This document shows positions 21,206-32,680 of a DNA stretch of 64,000 bases, in pieces. Source of the stretch: Candidatus Eiseniibacteriota bacterium (GTDB lineage: Bacteria > Eisenbacteria > RBG-16-71-46 > CAZAMP01); contig OZ245046.1 of assembly GCA_965224245.1 (NCBI GenBank), positions 5,856,001-5,920,000 of the forward strand, written 5' to 3'. The notes below the pieces were generated by a model, which was given only the letters and a program-made list of their open reading frames with translations, was not told where the DNA came from and did not search any database. Both the position numbers and the translations under genes were made by a program. Each line of letters starts with the position of its first letter. Position 1 is the stretch's first letter.

Positions 21206-22894
21206 TCACTCCTCGATCCACGCCCCGAGAACACGCGACACCCACGGCTGGGAGAACCCGGAGTAGAGACGGCCGAGGGCGAGCGGCTTGGTCGGGTAGA
21301 AACCCCCGATGAGCATCCCGAAGTCCTCCAGGTACCACGACGTCGTGGTCAGCTCACCGCCCGAGAGCGAGTGGAGCCGGAGGCCGAAGTCCGGGTGGGA
21401 GACGAGAAACCCCCGCCCGAGCCCCGTCTCGAACGGATGGTCGAAGGGGACGTCGCCCAGCAGAACCCCGTCCACCGTTCCCATGTACGTCAACGAGCCG
21501 TCCTCGGACACCGTGAACAGCTCGTCGTCGTACGATGCGAGGAAGCATACGCTGTCGCCGTCACCGTCGGTGACGCGCATTCCGTCCACCGGCAGGGTCG
21601 CCTGGAGCCGGGCCGCGCCCGATGCCGGGTCGATCCTCCAGAGCTTGCGGTCGGAGATCAGCCAGACGAAGCCCTCGCGGGACCACGCGATCCAGCTCGG
21701 GTCGAGTCCGTCGGGTAGGTCGAGCCGCTCGGCCGCTCCGCCGGGCGCCCAGACGACCAGCGCCGCTCCACCGGCGTCCGTGCGCTCGTGCACCCCTATC
21801 GCCATCGTGGATCCCCGGGGACTCCAGGCGACGACGTCCTCGGCTCGCCAGCCGGCGTCGAGCAGCGTCGCATCGGATACGATCGCGCGCTGCCGATCCA
21901 CGACCGCGAGTCGACCGACGACCGATCGGACCTCGCGGGTCACCACCGGTGGTGTGCCGTCGAGCGCCGCCCCGAGCAACGCTTCCTCGACGCCGTCCAG
22001 GATGACGATCGTCGAGCCGTCGCGTGGATCGATCTCGACCAGCTCGTCGGCGGTCGTCCCGAAGAGGCCCGCACGAGTCCATGCGAAGCGGACGATGGCC
22101 CCCCGGGGCACCTCCAGGCTCACCGATCCGTCGATGCCACGGATCACGATCACGTCGCCACGAGTCGTGAGGTACCGATCGCCGGAGGGCGAGATCGTGT
22201 GCACGAACTCTCCGGGGTATGGAAGCGACACGACGTCACCCGTCGCGAGCGACATGATCTCGAGCACCGGGTCGGCGGGTCCAACGTCCCGCGTATACAT
22301 CGCGTGCGACGCGTCCGGCGTCAGCGCCAGGGGCTGGCCGTCGTCGGCCAGATCGATCGGGTCGAACTCTCCGTCGGCGGTCTCCACCAGCAGCGTCGGT
22401 CCGGACGTCAGGTAGCGATAGAGACCATCGGCGCCGCGCGCGATCGCGACCGGGTTGCGATACCGCGTCGGCAGGAGCCGTGACTCGATGACCGTGCCGT
22501 CGAAGCTCGCCAGCACGCGATACACGTACTGGTGGTTCATCGCATCGCCGCTCATGGGCTCGGCACCCACCCAGGCCACGTGATCGGTGTCCACTGCCAG
22601 CGCCAGCTGGATCGACGTGGTCCGGAGGTCGTTTGCCGAGCCGAGCCTCCTCACCGTGTACAGCGCGACGTTCTCGTACAGCACCCCGAACTCGGCCGGA
22701 TGGTGCGGTCGACCCCCGATCGCGTCCGGCGACCGGGCCACCTGAACCAGCGTCTGGGGCTGCCCCGACGTGAAGGCCGGACGATGGATGTCGTCCGACA
22801 GGCATCCCATGGTCACGATCCCCGCGATCGCGAGGATGCCGCCGGGTCCAAGTCGGCCAGCCCCGCCGACCGGGTCTCTGGGCCGCGGCGACAT
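21206..22894 (-). CDS. Hypothetical lipoprotein, probable beta-propeller
   Basis: TGATG overlap with upstream gene; hydrophobic stretch ending TMG-C; propeller-like blade motifs (ISPSGD, WSPRG, AWSRE). Confidence 0.6.
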   Translation of the reverse strand: MSPRPRDPVGGAGRLGPGGILAIAGIVTMGCLSDDIHRPAFTSGQPQTLVQVARSPDAIGGRPHHPAEFGVLYENVALYTVRRLGSANDLRTTSIQLALAVDTDHVAWVGAEPMSGDAMNHQYVYRVLASFDGTVIESRLLPTRYRNPVAIARGADGLYRYLTSGPTLLVETADGEFDPIDLADDGQPLALTPDASHAMYTRDVGPADPVLEIMSLATGDVVSLPYPGEFVHTISPSGDRYLTTRGDVIVIRGIDGSVSLEVPRGAIVRFAWTRAGLFGTTADELVEIDPRDGSTIVILDGVEEALLGAALDGTPPVVTREVRSVVGRLAVVDRQRAIVSDATLLDAGWRAEDVVAWSPRGSTMAIGVHERTDAGGAALVVWAPGGAAERLDLPDGLDPSWIAWSREGFVWLISDRKLWRIDPASGAARLQATLPVDGMRVTDGDGDSVCFLASYDDELFTVSEDGSLTYMGTVDGVLLGDVPFDHPFETGLGRGFLVSHPDFGLRLHSLSGGELTTTSWYLEDFGMLIGGFYPTKPLALGRLYSGFSQPWVSRVLGAWIEE

Positions 22895-24675
22895 CAGTGA
22901 CGCTCCTCGCCGATGGGGCGGAAGTAGATCCGGCCGGTCTCCGACCACGAGTACGTCCACACGAGACCGGGCTGGTGCGGGGCGAACGTGGCTCCGCTGG
23001 GCACGTCGGGAACGACGAGCAGGTCGTCGAACGGTTCGATCAACAGGCCACGACCGTCACCGGAGGTCGACTCCGCGAGCAACGTCCGTCCCAGCCCCGT
23101 GCGAAGCCGGCTCGAGGACGGCGCCACGTCGCGACAGAGGTGAGACATCCACGCGTGCTCGACGACGTCTCCCGTCCGGAGGTCGACCCAGATCACCTGA
23201 AACGGATCCAGGATGCGTGAGAAGCGCACCACGACCACCATCTCGCCGGCTGCCTGATCGGTCAGCACCGATCGCGATGCGCTGGGCGGCACCGGGTACG
23301 CGTGAAGCGGCTCGATGGTCGAGCCGTCCTCGGAGAGCCGCGTGACGATCACCCCGTCCGGATCATATCCGATGACGTAGAGGCCATCGTCCAGCCACGC
23401 GAGCGTGACGCCCGGTGGCGAGTCGATGGCGCGGATCTCGCCGTCACCGACGATCTCGATGACCATCTCGGAGGTGGCGTGGTCCGTGAGGATGGCAATC
23501 CGATCGCCGTCGGGCGATGCCGTCATGTCGAGCAGCGGCCCCTGAATCGGCACGATCCACTCGCGCGCGGTCCGCGCCGCGCCGCCGGCATCGAGCTGGA
23601 TGTCGAGAACGCTCCCGACGATGTCGAGCCGAACGCCCCAGACGTGCGTGCCGTCGCCTCGGAAGAGCATCAGTGCGTCGACATCGACACCGGGATCCAC
23701 CGGAATCTCGTGAACCGTCCAGGTGCCGTCCTCGAGCCACAGCTCGCGGATCGCGCCGACCTGGTGAACGACGATGAGATCGTCGCGTTCCCAGGCGGCA
23801 CGGAGCACGGGCTCGCCGTCGAACGTCGCCACGTCCTCGATGGCGCCGCTCGGTACGTCGAGCGTGATCAGGCGATCTTCCTCCCAGGTCCAGAGAAGAA
23901 CGCGAGTATCGGTCGGCGCCACGTCGAGCACCGAACACGACACGTCGAATCCGACCGTGTGCTCGGCCACCACGTCGACCGACGTGGTGGTGACGTCGAG
24001 CTCGGCCAGCACGACCGCAGTGCTGTCGAAGAAGCTACGCGTGCCCGCCACACGACGTCCGTCGGCGCTCATCCTGCTCAACGTCGCACCGCGAACGTCC
24101 ACGGTGGCCTCTGCCGTCACGACGCCCTCCGACGATACGAGGCGAACGCCGCGCGACTCGAGGAGGAGAAACGACCCCGAATCGAAGGCCACGACGTCGC
24201 GCACCGTGGGTGATCCATCGACGTGGACACGGCGTGATTCGCCCGTCGTGAGATCGATCGTCAGGATGTCGGCCGGGGGAACGTCGATCGAGGCATCGGC
24301 TCGCGCAGCGGTCAGAACGACGCGTCCGGACGCGGCGTCGATGCGGCCCAAGCCCGACGGGCTGTAGGCGGTGCCCACGAGCGGTGCGAAGTCCGCGCCG
24401 AGAAACCCGATCCGGAGGTCGAAGTCGGCCGAGGACGCCAGTACAGCCTCACGTCCCATCCACGCCGCTCGGTGGATCCGGATCCCGTTGCCGATGTCGG
24501 AGACGATCACGTCGTCACCATCCGCTTCGTGGGGCCACGAGGGTGCCTCGAAGTCGTCGCAGCCTTCGCCGAGGATCGGTCCGACGGCGATGAGGGCACA
24601 GGTGAGGAGTAGCCGCCGGTCGGCGCGTCGGGGCCGGCAGGCGTGCGGACCCGACATGGGTGGGTTCGCGCGCAT
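22894..24675 (-). CDS. Hypothetical lipoprotein, probable beta-propeller
   Basis: Starts 2 nt after TBDR stop; LLLTCALIAVGPILGEG-C signal; MSADGR and ASPDGD blade motifs. Confidence 0.6.
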   Translation of the reverse strand: MRANPPMSGPHACRPRRADRRLLLTCALIAVGPILGEGCDDFEAPSWPHEADGDDVIVSDIGNGIRIHRAAWMGREAVLASSADFDLRIGFLGADFAPLVGTAYSPSGLGRIDAASGRVVLTAARADASIDVPPADILTIDLTTGESRRVHVDGSPTVRDVVAFDSGSFLLLESRGVRLVSSEGVVTAEATVDVRGATLSRMSADGRRVAGTRSFFDSTAVVLAELDVTTTSVDVVAEHTVGFDVSCSVLDVAPTDTRVLLWTWEEDRLITLDVPSGAIEDVATFDGEPVLRAAWERDDLIVVHQVGAIRELWLEDGTWTVHEIPVDPGVDVDALMLFRGDGTHVWGVRLDIVGSVLDIQLDAGGAARTAREWIVPIQGPLLDMTASPDGDRIAILTDHATSEMVIEIVGDGEIRAIDSPPGVTLAWLDDGLYVIGYDPDGVIVTRLSEDGSTIEPLHAYPVPPSASRSVLTDQAAGEMVVVVRFSRILDPFQVIWVDLRTGDVVEHAWMSHLCRDVAPSSSRLRTGLGRTLLAESTSGDGRGLLIEPFDDLLVVPDVPSGATFAPHQPGLVWTYSWSETGRIYFRPIGEERH

Positions 24676-24677
24676 CG

Positions 24678-26981
24678 CTAGAGGTCCACGCTGAAGCCGA
24701 ACGACGGTATGCGGGGCAACATCCGGAGCACCTCGCTGCTGGAATAGTCGGCGTCCCACAGGATCCCGACCACGTTGTCGCGGTCGGTCACGTTGATCAT
24801 CTCCAGGAAGAACGTCACCCGTCTCGAGAACAGCTGCCGGTGGTGCTCGAGCCTCACGTCCCAGCGGAAGTACTCGGGCCACTCGTGGCGGTTGGCCGGC
24901 TCGTAGACCGCGATCCAGCTCTCGGTGCCGTCGGGGAGAACCTCGCGTATCCGGAGCTCGGGCACCGAGTACGCGCCGCCGGTCTTGAACGACGCGAGGT
25001 TCGAAAGGGACCAGGAGTGACCGAGGTTCAGCGTGCCCGACGCCGACAGCGTGTGATACGCGTGTCCCGCGGGCCGGGTCCAGTCCGTGTAGGTGCCACC
25101 GCGTACCCGCGCGTGCGTGTACGAGTAGCTGACGAAGCCGCTCCAGCGCCGGTTGCCGCCGGGGTTGCGCTCGACCAGGAGCTCGGCGCCGGACGTGAAC
25201 CCCTCGCCGTCGGACGACGCGCGATTGCGCTGATCGGCCGGTACCAGCACCTGATCGAGATCGCGGTAGAAGCCCTCGACGCGCAGCCCGACACTCGGAC
25301 CGCGGCGCCAGCGGAGGCTGGCGTTGACGTGAGCCGCCCGCTCGGAGTCCAGCGTGCGGAGGTCGGTGCCGAAGTCGTAGCCGTGCTCGCGGGCGAACAC
25401 GAGCGACGGCTCGGGGGCCTGGTAGAAGAGGCCACCCGCCAGTTCGAGGATCACCGGCGCCGCCGGTCGCCACGTCACCGACAGCCGCGGCGAGACCTCA
25501 CGGTCGTCGTTGATCGTGGTCTCGTCGCCGCGCACGCCGGCGGTGACCAGCGCGTCCTCCCCGAGGTGCTGCGTCATCTCGGCGTAGAGGCCGTTGTGCG
25601 ACTTCCGGCCCGAGGCGACCGACTCGGTCGGCGTCGGGAAGTGCAGGTTCGGCGCGCCGGGGTCGCGTGCCCAGAAGAGGTCGTAGTGCGACCAATTCAT
25701 CTCCATGCCGAACCGGAAGTCGCGCGCGCCCGCCGTCCGCGCGAACTCGCCCCTGAACGACGATCCGTAGTCCCGCGTGGAGAGATCCCCCACGCGGAGC
25801 ACGTCGTCGGTGACGCGCACCGTGTTCTCGTCGTGGAGGTAGCTTGCACGCAACTCCAGCACCGAGTCGTCGCTCGGCCGCTGCCGGTAGATGACCGCGC
25901 CGAGGCTGGACTCGCTCTCGGCTGCGGTCACGCTCTCGCCGCCGAACGTGAAGAGATCCGAGCTCGTCACGTCGGTCTTCTCGCGGCCGTAGAGACCCTC
26001 GAAGATGACCTGTCGCGTTTCGTCGAGGTCGTGCACCGACTTGAGCTGGAAGTCGTAGAAGTTCGGCAGCGTGGTCCCGGGGTCCACCGCGCCCCTGACC
26101 GCCACGTCGTAGTAGGTGCGCCGCGCCGACACGATCCACGATCCCCGTCCGGATCGCCACGGCCCCTCGACGAGCACGTTGGCCGAGATCAGGCTCGCGC
26201 TCGTGCGCACCGCGGTCTCCTGGCGGCTTCCCTCGCGCGTGGTCACCTCGATCACGGACGCCAGGCGATTGCCGTATCGCGCGCTGAAGCCACCGGCCTG
26301 GAGGCGGATGTCGTCCACGAGGTCGATGTTGAACATGCTGATTCCGCCCCCGAACAGGATGCGCATGCGGTACGGATTGTGGAGCCCGATACCGTCCACG
26401 AGGTACAGGTTCTGATCCGGGGTCCCACCGCGGACGCGGACGAGCCCGGCGAGGTCGTTGACGGCACTGACGCCCGGCAGAACCTGCAGCGACCGGAACG
26501 GATCCTGGAACGAGCCAGGCACGCGGAGAATCCGATCCCGGTCGTTCTCGACGTAGGAGTACGGCGTGACCGTGTCCTCCCACCGGAAACGCATGCGCGG
26601 CGCCTGGATGGTCACGCCGGGAAGCTGGTAGACGCGGGGGGTCAGATGAACGACGTGCGTCGAGCCGGTCCCGGAGGCGAGATCGACCCGGTCCCAGTCC
26701 CGGAGCTGGTACGCGTCGGAGTACACGCGAACCAGGTGAGCGCCCGGCTTCAGGTCCTCGAAGACGACCCGGCCATCGGCACCCGAGCGAGATCCCGCGG
26801 CACGCCCCTGCACGATGACCAGGACGTTCCCGACGGGCTCGCCGGTGGCGTGATCCACGACCTCGACGACGAGCGTCTCGGCCCACGCGGGCACGGCCGC
26901 CGGTCCGACACCGACGATCCCGACCAGCGCCACCAGCAGCCCGCGGACCGCGAGTCTCCGCAACGGCATCAGGTCGTTCAT
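24678..26981 (-). CDS. TonB-dependent receptor with N-terminal carboxypeptidase-regulatory-like domain
   Basis: Signal peptide; plug motifs DPFRSLQVLPGV, VRGGTPDQNLYLVDG, GGFSARYGNRLASV; SPRLS; INVTDRDN; terminal beta strand FGFSVDL. Confidence 0.9.
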   Translation of the reverse strand: MNDLMPLRRLAVRGLLVALVGIVGVGPAAVPAWAETLVVEVVDHATGEPVGNVLVIVQGRAAGSRSGADGRVVFEDLKPGAHLVRVYSDAYQLRDWDRVDLASGTGSTHVVHLTPRVYQLPGVTIQAPRMRFRWEDTVTPYSYVENDRDRILRVPGSFQDPFRSLQVLPGVSAVNDLAGLVRVRGGTPDQNLYLVDGIGLHNPYRMRILFGGGISMFNIDLVDDIRLQAGGFSARYGNRLASVIEVTTREGSRQETAVRTSASLISANVLVEGPWRSGRGSWIVSARRTYYDVAVRGAVDPGTTLPNFYDFQLKSVHDLDETRQVIFEGLYGREKTDVTSSDLFTFGGESVTAAESESSLGAVIYRQRPSDDSVLELRASYLHDENTVRVTDDVLRVGDLSTRDYGSSFRGEFARTAGARDFRFGMEMNWSHYDLFWARDPGAPNLHFPTPTESVASGRKSHNGLYAEMTQHLGEDALVTAGVRGDETTINDDREVSPRLSVTWRPAAPVILELAGGLFYQAPEPSLVFAREHGYDFGTDLRTLDSERAAHVNASLRWRRGPSVGLRVEGFYRDLDQVLVPADQRNRASSDGEGFTSGAELLVERNPGGNRRWSGFVSYSYTHARVRGGTYTDWTRPAGHAYHTLSASGTLNLGHSWSLSNLASFKTGGAYSVPELRIREVLPDGTESWIAVYEPANRHEWPEYFRWDVRLEHHRQLFSRRVTFFLEMINVTDRDNVVGILWDADYSSSEVLRMLPRIPSFGFSVDL

Positions 26982-27197
26982 CTCGGACTCCGATTGGGAT
27001 GCGATGGCGCGCTGAATCGAGAGAGTATCAGAAGCCGTCAGCCGGTCGCGACCGCGTGATCTCGCCTTATCGAGGTCGAAACGGCGTGATGAGGGCTTTT
27101 GTCGATTGTGCAAGTCTGCTAGTCTTCGACTCAGGGCGGGGGCCACGATTGAACAGCGCAAGTCCAAGTGACGAAGCGCGTTAACCAAGAAACGAAC

Positions 27198-28262
27198 ATG
27201 CTGGTGGAAACTCGGCCGCGCCCACTCCTGATCGACTCCTGCTACGGATCCCCCACCCGCCGGGTGCCGGTCTGGATACTCCGGCAGGCCAGCCGTTACC
27301 TCCCGGAGTACCGCGAGCTCCGCGATCGCGTCCCGTATCGCGACATCTGCACCACGCCCGAGCATGCCGCCGACGCCACGATGCAGCCCGTCCGGCGCTT
27401 CGGTCTGGATGCGGGCGCGCTGATCGTGGACCCGCTGCTCGCGCTGGAGCAGCTCGGGGTCGAGGTCACCTTCACCGACGACGGGCCTCGCATCGCGGAC
27501 CCGGTTCGTTCCCGACTGGGGCTGGATCGACTGCGCATCCGCGGCGACGTGAGTGACACCTTCCTGCCGGGCGTCACGGCGGCGGCGCACGAGTCGCTGG
27601 GCGAGACGCCGCTGATCGCGGTGGCCGGCGCGCCGTTCACGCTGGCGGGCTTTCTCGTCGAGGGACGCCGGTCGCTCAGCCTCCGTCACCTGAAGGCGTT
27701 CCTCTACAACGACCCCGAGGCCGCCCATCAGCTGATGGAGCAGCTCGCCGACCTCGCCACCGCCTGGCTGGAGGTGCAGTTCGAGGCGGGCGCGTCCGCG
27801 TTCATTCTGTACGACAGCTGGGCCGGGCTCCTCGGCACGGCGGACTACCGCGCGCACGTGGCGCCGTTCGTGACCGACGTGTTCCGGCGCGTCGCGAGCC
27901 GGCGGCGACCCGGGATTCTCTACGTGAACGAGGCGGGGCACCTCGTGGACATGCTCGTGCGCACCGGAGCCGAGGTGCTGGCCCCGGACTGGCGCGTGGA
28001 TCTCGAGCGCATGCGCACGCGGCTGCCCGAGAACATCAGCATCCAGGGCAATCTGGATCCGGCGGTGCTTCTCGGACCGCCGGATCTCATTCGCCATCGC
28101 GTGCTGGATCTGCTCATCCAGGGCACGCTCTATCGCGGACACATTCTGAATCTGGGCGGCGGCATCCTGCCGGACACGCCGCCCGAGAACGTCCAGGTGA
28201 TGGTGGACGTCGTTCGCGACTTCGACCCCGGCCTTCAGGGGTGGCAGAGCGTTCGACCCTGA
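27198..28262 (+). CDS. hemE: Uroporphyrinogen decarboxylase-family protein with atypical active-site residues
   Basis: PVWILRQASRYLPEYR, GAPFT, YDSW, IQGNLDP, ILNLGGGI. Confidence 0.85.
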   Translation: MLVETRPRPLLIDSCYGSPTRRVPVWILRQASRYLPEYRELRDRVPYRDICTTPEHAADATMQPVRRFGLDAGALIVDPLLALEQLGVEVTFTDDGPRIADPVRSRLGLDRLRIRGDVSDTFLPGVTAAAHESLGETPLIAVAGAPFTLAGFLVEGRRSLSLRHLKAFLYNDPEAAHQLMEQLADLATAWLEVQFEAGASAFILYDSWAGLLGTADYRAHVAPFVTDVFRRVASRRRPGILYVNEAGHLVDMLVRTGAEVLAPDWRVDLERMRTRLPENISIQGNLDPAVLLGPPDLIRHRVLDLLIQGTLYRGHILNLGGGILPDTPPENVQVMVDVVRDFDPGLQGWQSVRP

Positions 28263-28290
28263 CGTCCGGCTCGCGCACCCGACTCTTGCG

Positions 28291-29814
28291 TCAGCGGGGC
28301 ACGACCACCAGCTTCGTCACCTGCGCGCGCGTCCGACCCCTCGCCGTCCCGGAGGCGGGCGAGGCGTCGGTCCCCCGATCCGAGACCCGTAGCCAGTAGA
28401 CACCGGGCGCAACCGGGCTTCCGGAGGCGTCGCGGGCGTCCCACGTCACGGTGTTCCATCCGTTCCGGGCGTCGAGGCGTTCGGCCAGGACGCGGACCGA
28501 TCGGCCCGTCGCATCGAAGATCTCGACGCGGACGCGATCTCCGGGCGCGGCCAGGAAACGGACCAGGACCGAGGATCGGAGCGGGTTCGGCGACGCGGAG
28601 ACCGCCGGCGTCTCACTCATGGACGCGTCGCCGACGTCGACGACGCCCGGGCGCGAGATCACGAGGTCGGCGGGCGGCAATCCCACGTCGACCGGTGCGC
28701 CCGTGAGCGGCGCGCCGGAGCTCGCGTCGAACACGCGCACGCCGGGTGCCGAGACGTCTCGGACCCCGAGGAAGAGCGTGCCCGTCGGCGCGTCGCAGTC
28801 CATGGCCTCGGTGTACGACTCGGTGGTGTACACGATCGGTCCGAGCGCGCCGGACGTGTCGAACCCGCGGAGGTCGGTGGTGAAGAAGAAATCCGTCGAC
28901 GACAGGACGAACCCCGTCGTTGCCGAGCACATGGTGAGACAGCCGACGTCACCCCCCAGCGCCGATTCGGTCACCACGAGCCCGAGATCCTGAAGCGTCT
29001 CGGTGTCGACGACGTCGATCCCGCCGTCGAGCGCCCCGTAGCTGCCGACGCAGGCCACGTAGAGACGGCGCGAGATCGGGTCGAGCTCCATCTTGCACAC
29101 GGGGTTCGTGCCGGTCAGCGCGATGGCCTGCGTGCCCGGCGCGACGGGATCCGCGTCGACCAGCGTGTCGGTCGAGACGTCGATGACGGCCAGATACGAC
29201 GGCGCCACCGGCGTGTAGAACGCGTCCCGATCGAGCCGCTGCACCTGGACGAAGAGGCGGTCGTCCGCGAGGGCCATCGCGTTCAGCTCGGGCAACCCGT
29301 CGGCATCGGCGAAGGCACCGAGATCGATGCCGCCGGTGACGGTGCCGCTGGATGGATCGACGATCAGCACGTCCGTGCCGTCGTACGCGCTCACGTATGC
29401 CTTCGTCTCGGAGACGACCACGATGTCGTGCGGGTTCGTGCCGGCGCCGGTCGAGAACTGGCGCACCGTCGAGAACGAGGCGGGATCGATGACCTGGACG
29501 TTGTCCCCGAGGAACCGGTTCACGACGTAGTGCCGTCCGAAGAAGTGACGCACGATGGGATCCGAGCCGACCCCCTCCACGTTGACGTCGGCCGACCATG
29601 GCGACTCGATGTCCACGGCCGAGGAGCTGCCGGTGGCGCCGAAGTCGGTCGTGACCACGAACACGTGGGGCTCGAAGCCGGCGGACGCCGGCGACGGCCC
29701 GAACGGTGAGCCGGGGCCCATCGCGAGGAGGACGAGCGTGGCCGCGAGCCGGCGAGCGACACCGACGCCGAATCGTGTGCCGGGGCGATCGTGAGGGCGG
29801 GGACGCGGGATCAT
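28291..29814 (-). CDS. Secreted YncE/BtuG-like beta-propeller protein with C-terminal FlgD-Ig/T9SS-like domain
   Basis: AAGGAG RBS; signal peptide; YVVNRFLGDNVQVID, NPHDI, KAYVS; CTD SPNP...IFDATGR...WDARD...GVYWLR...KLVVV; cobalamin riboswitch upstream. Confidence 0.8.
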   Translation of the reverse strand: MIPRPRPHDRPGTRFGVGVARRLAATLVLLAMGPGSPFGPSPASAGFEPHVFVVTTDFGATGSSSAVDIESPWSADVNVEGVGSDPIVRHFFGRHYVVNRFLGDNVQVIDPASFSTVRQFSTGAGTNPHDIVVVSETKAYVSAYDGTDVLIVDPSSGTVTGGIDLGAFADADGLPELNAMALADDRLFVQVQRLDRDAFYTPVAPSYLAVIDVSTDTLVDADPVAPGTQAIALTGTNPVCKMELDPISRRLYVACVGSYGALDGGIDVVDTETLQDLGLVVTESALGGDVGCLTMCSATTGFVLSSTDFFFTTDLRGFDTSGALGPIVYTTESYTEAMDCDAPTGTLFLGVRDVSAPGVRVFDASSGAPLTGAPVDVGLPPADLVISRPGVVDVGDASMSETPAVSASPNPLRSSVLVRFLAAPGDRVRVEIFDATGRSVRVLAERLDARNGWNTVTWDARDASGSPVAPGVYWLRVSDRGTDASPASGTARGRTRAQVTKLVVVPR

Positions 29815-30002
29815 GACGGGACTCCTTCCGTCGACCGGACGTGGGTGAACGAAAGGCGCGCGGAGTGACGGGGCCGTTGCGTGAAGAGAGGACATCACGC
29901 GCTCGGACCCCATGGCCCATCGATCGGAATCCACGCCGAGGATGAGCATCACCACGCGGGCACGTCGCTGCACCCGGCCGCGCGCTTGCGCGCGCATCCT
30001 CT

Positions 30003-30195
30003 TCGGGCAGGTCTTCTGGCTTCCGGGTCGTCCTCGCCTCACGCCTTCCCACGGCACGTCGCGCTCGGGGCGCGGCCGCAGTGGCTCTGTTGTGAGGGTC
30101 GTCGCCGGTCACAGCGGCGGGTCCGCGACGGTTTCGCACCGTCTTCCCTCGCGCCCGTCACGATCGCATTCGATCGCACGCGGCACGGTCGCACG
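30003..30195 (-). ncRNA. Cobalamin (AdoCbl) riboswitch
   Basis: Minus strand reads AGGGAAgacGGTGcgAAaCCgtcgCgGaCCCGCCGCTGTGA...GCCACTG...TGGGAAGG...AAGCCAGAAGACCTGCC, all hallmark elements including the B12 box; 5' end approximate. Confidence 0.93.
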
Positions 30196-30311
30196 TCGGT
30201 CTCGACGCACGGGACCCGAAGAGGCGTTCTCGTGCCGGGAGGCTAGCAGTCCTCGGAGGCCGCGGTCAACGCGGCGCCGACGGCCGGCGTGGGTGGGAGG
30301 AGACGGAAGAG

Positions 30312-30342
30312 GGGAGACCGCCCCCGCCGGGGACGGCCTCCC
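30312..30342 (-). terminator. GC-rich hairpin just after the hppA stop, putative terminator
   Basis: GGGAGGCCGTCCCC-ggcg-GGGGCGGTCTCCC followed by a pyrimidine run but no clean U-tract. Confidence 0.5.
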
Positions 30343-30348
30343 GGGAGG

Positions 30349-32385
<2,037 letters not shown>

Positions 32386-32476
32386 GCGTTCCCATCCCCC
32401 TCTTCGAGAGTTGATCGGTGGGCCGAACGCGCGAACCGGCACCACCTTCGGACCCACGTCTGAAACAAAGGCGGCG

Positions 32477-32506
32477 ATCATAGCGGAGCGCCACCGAGCA
32501 CGCCAA
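32477..32506 (-). promoter_or_regulatory. Putative sigma70 promoter of hppA, TTGGCG-N18-TATGAT
   Basis: 5/6 -10 match with TTG-containing -35, about 90 nt upstream of the start codon. Confidence 0.45.
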
Positions 32507-32680
32507 GGGCGATCTCCCGGCGGGTGCGAGAGGGGATTGCGGGGGTAAGGGGTGGGCTTCGGGGCACCCGAGCGCGGGCGCACCCCGTGGGCGCGGGGAC
32601 CCGGCCGGGGCTTTAAGTCACTTTGGCGTATTGGCTTAGCGGATCAATCGGCAGTGGCCGGCGCGTGGCGCCGGCGCGGC

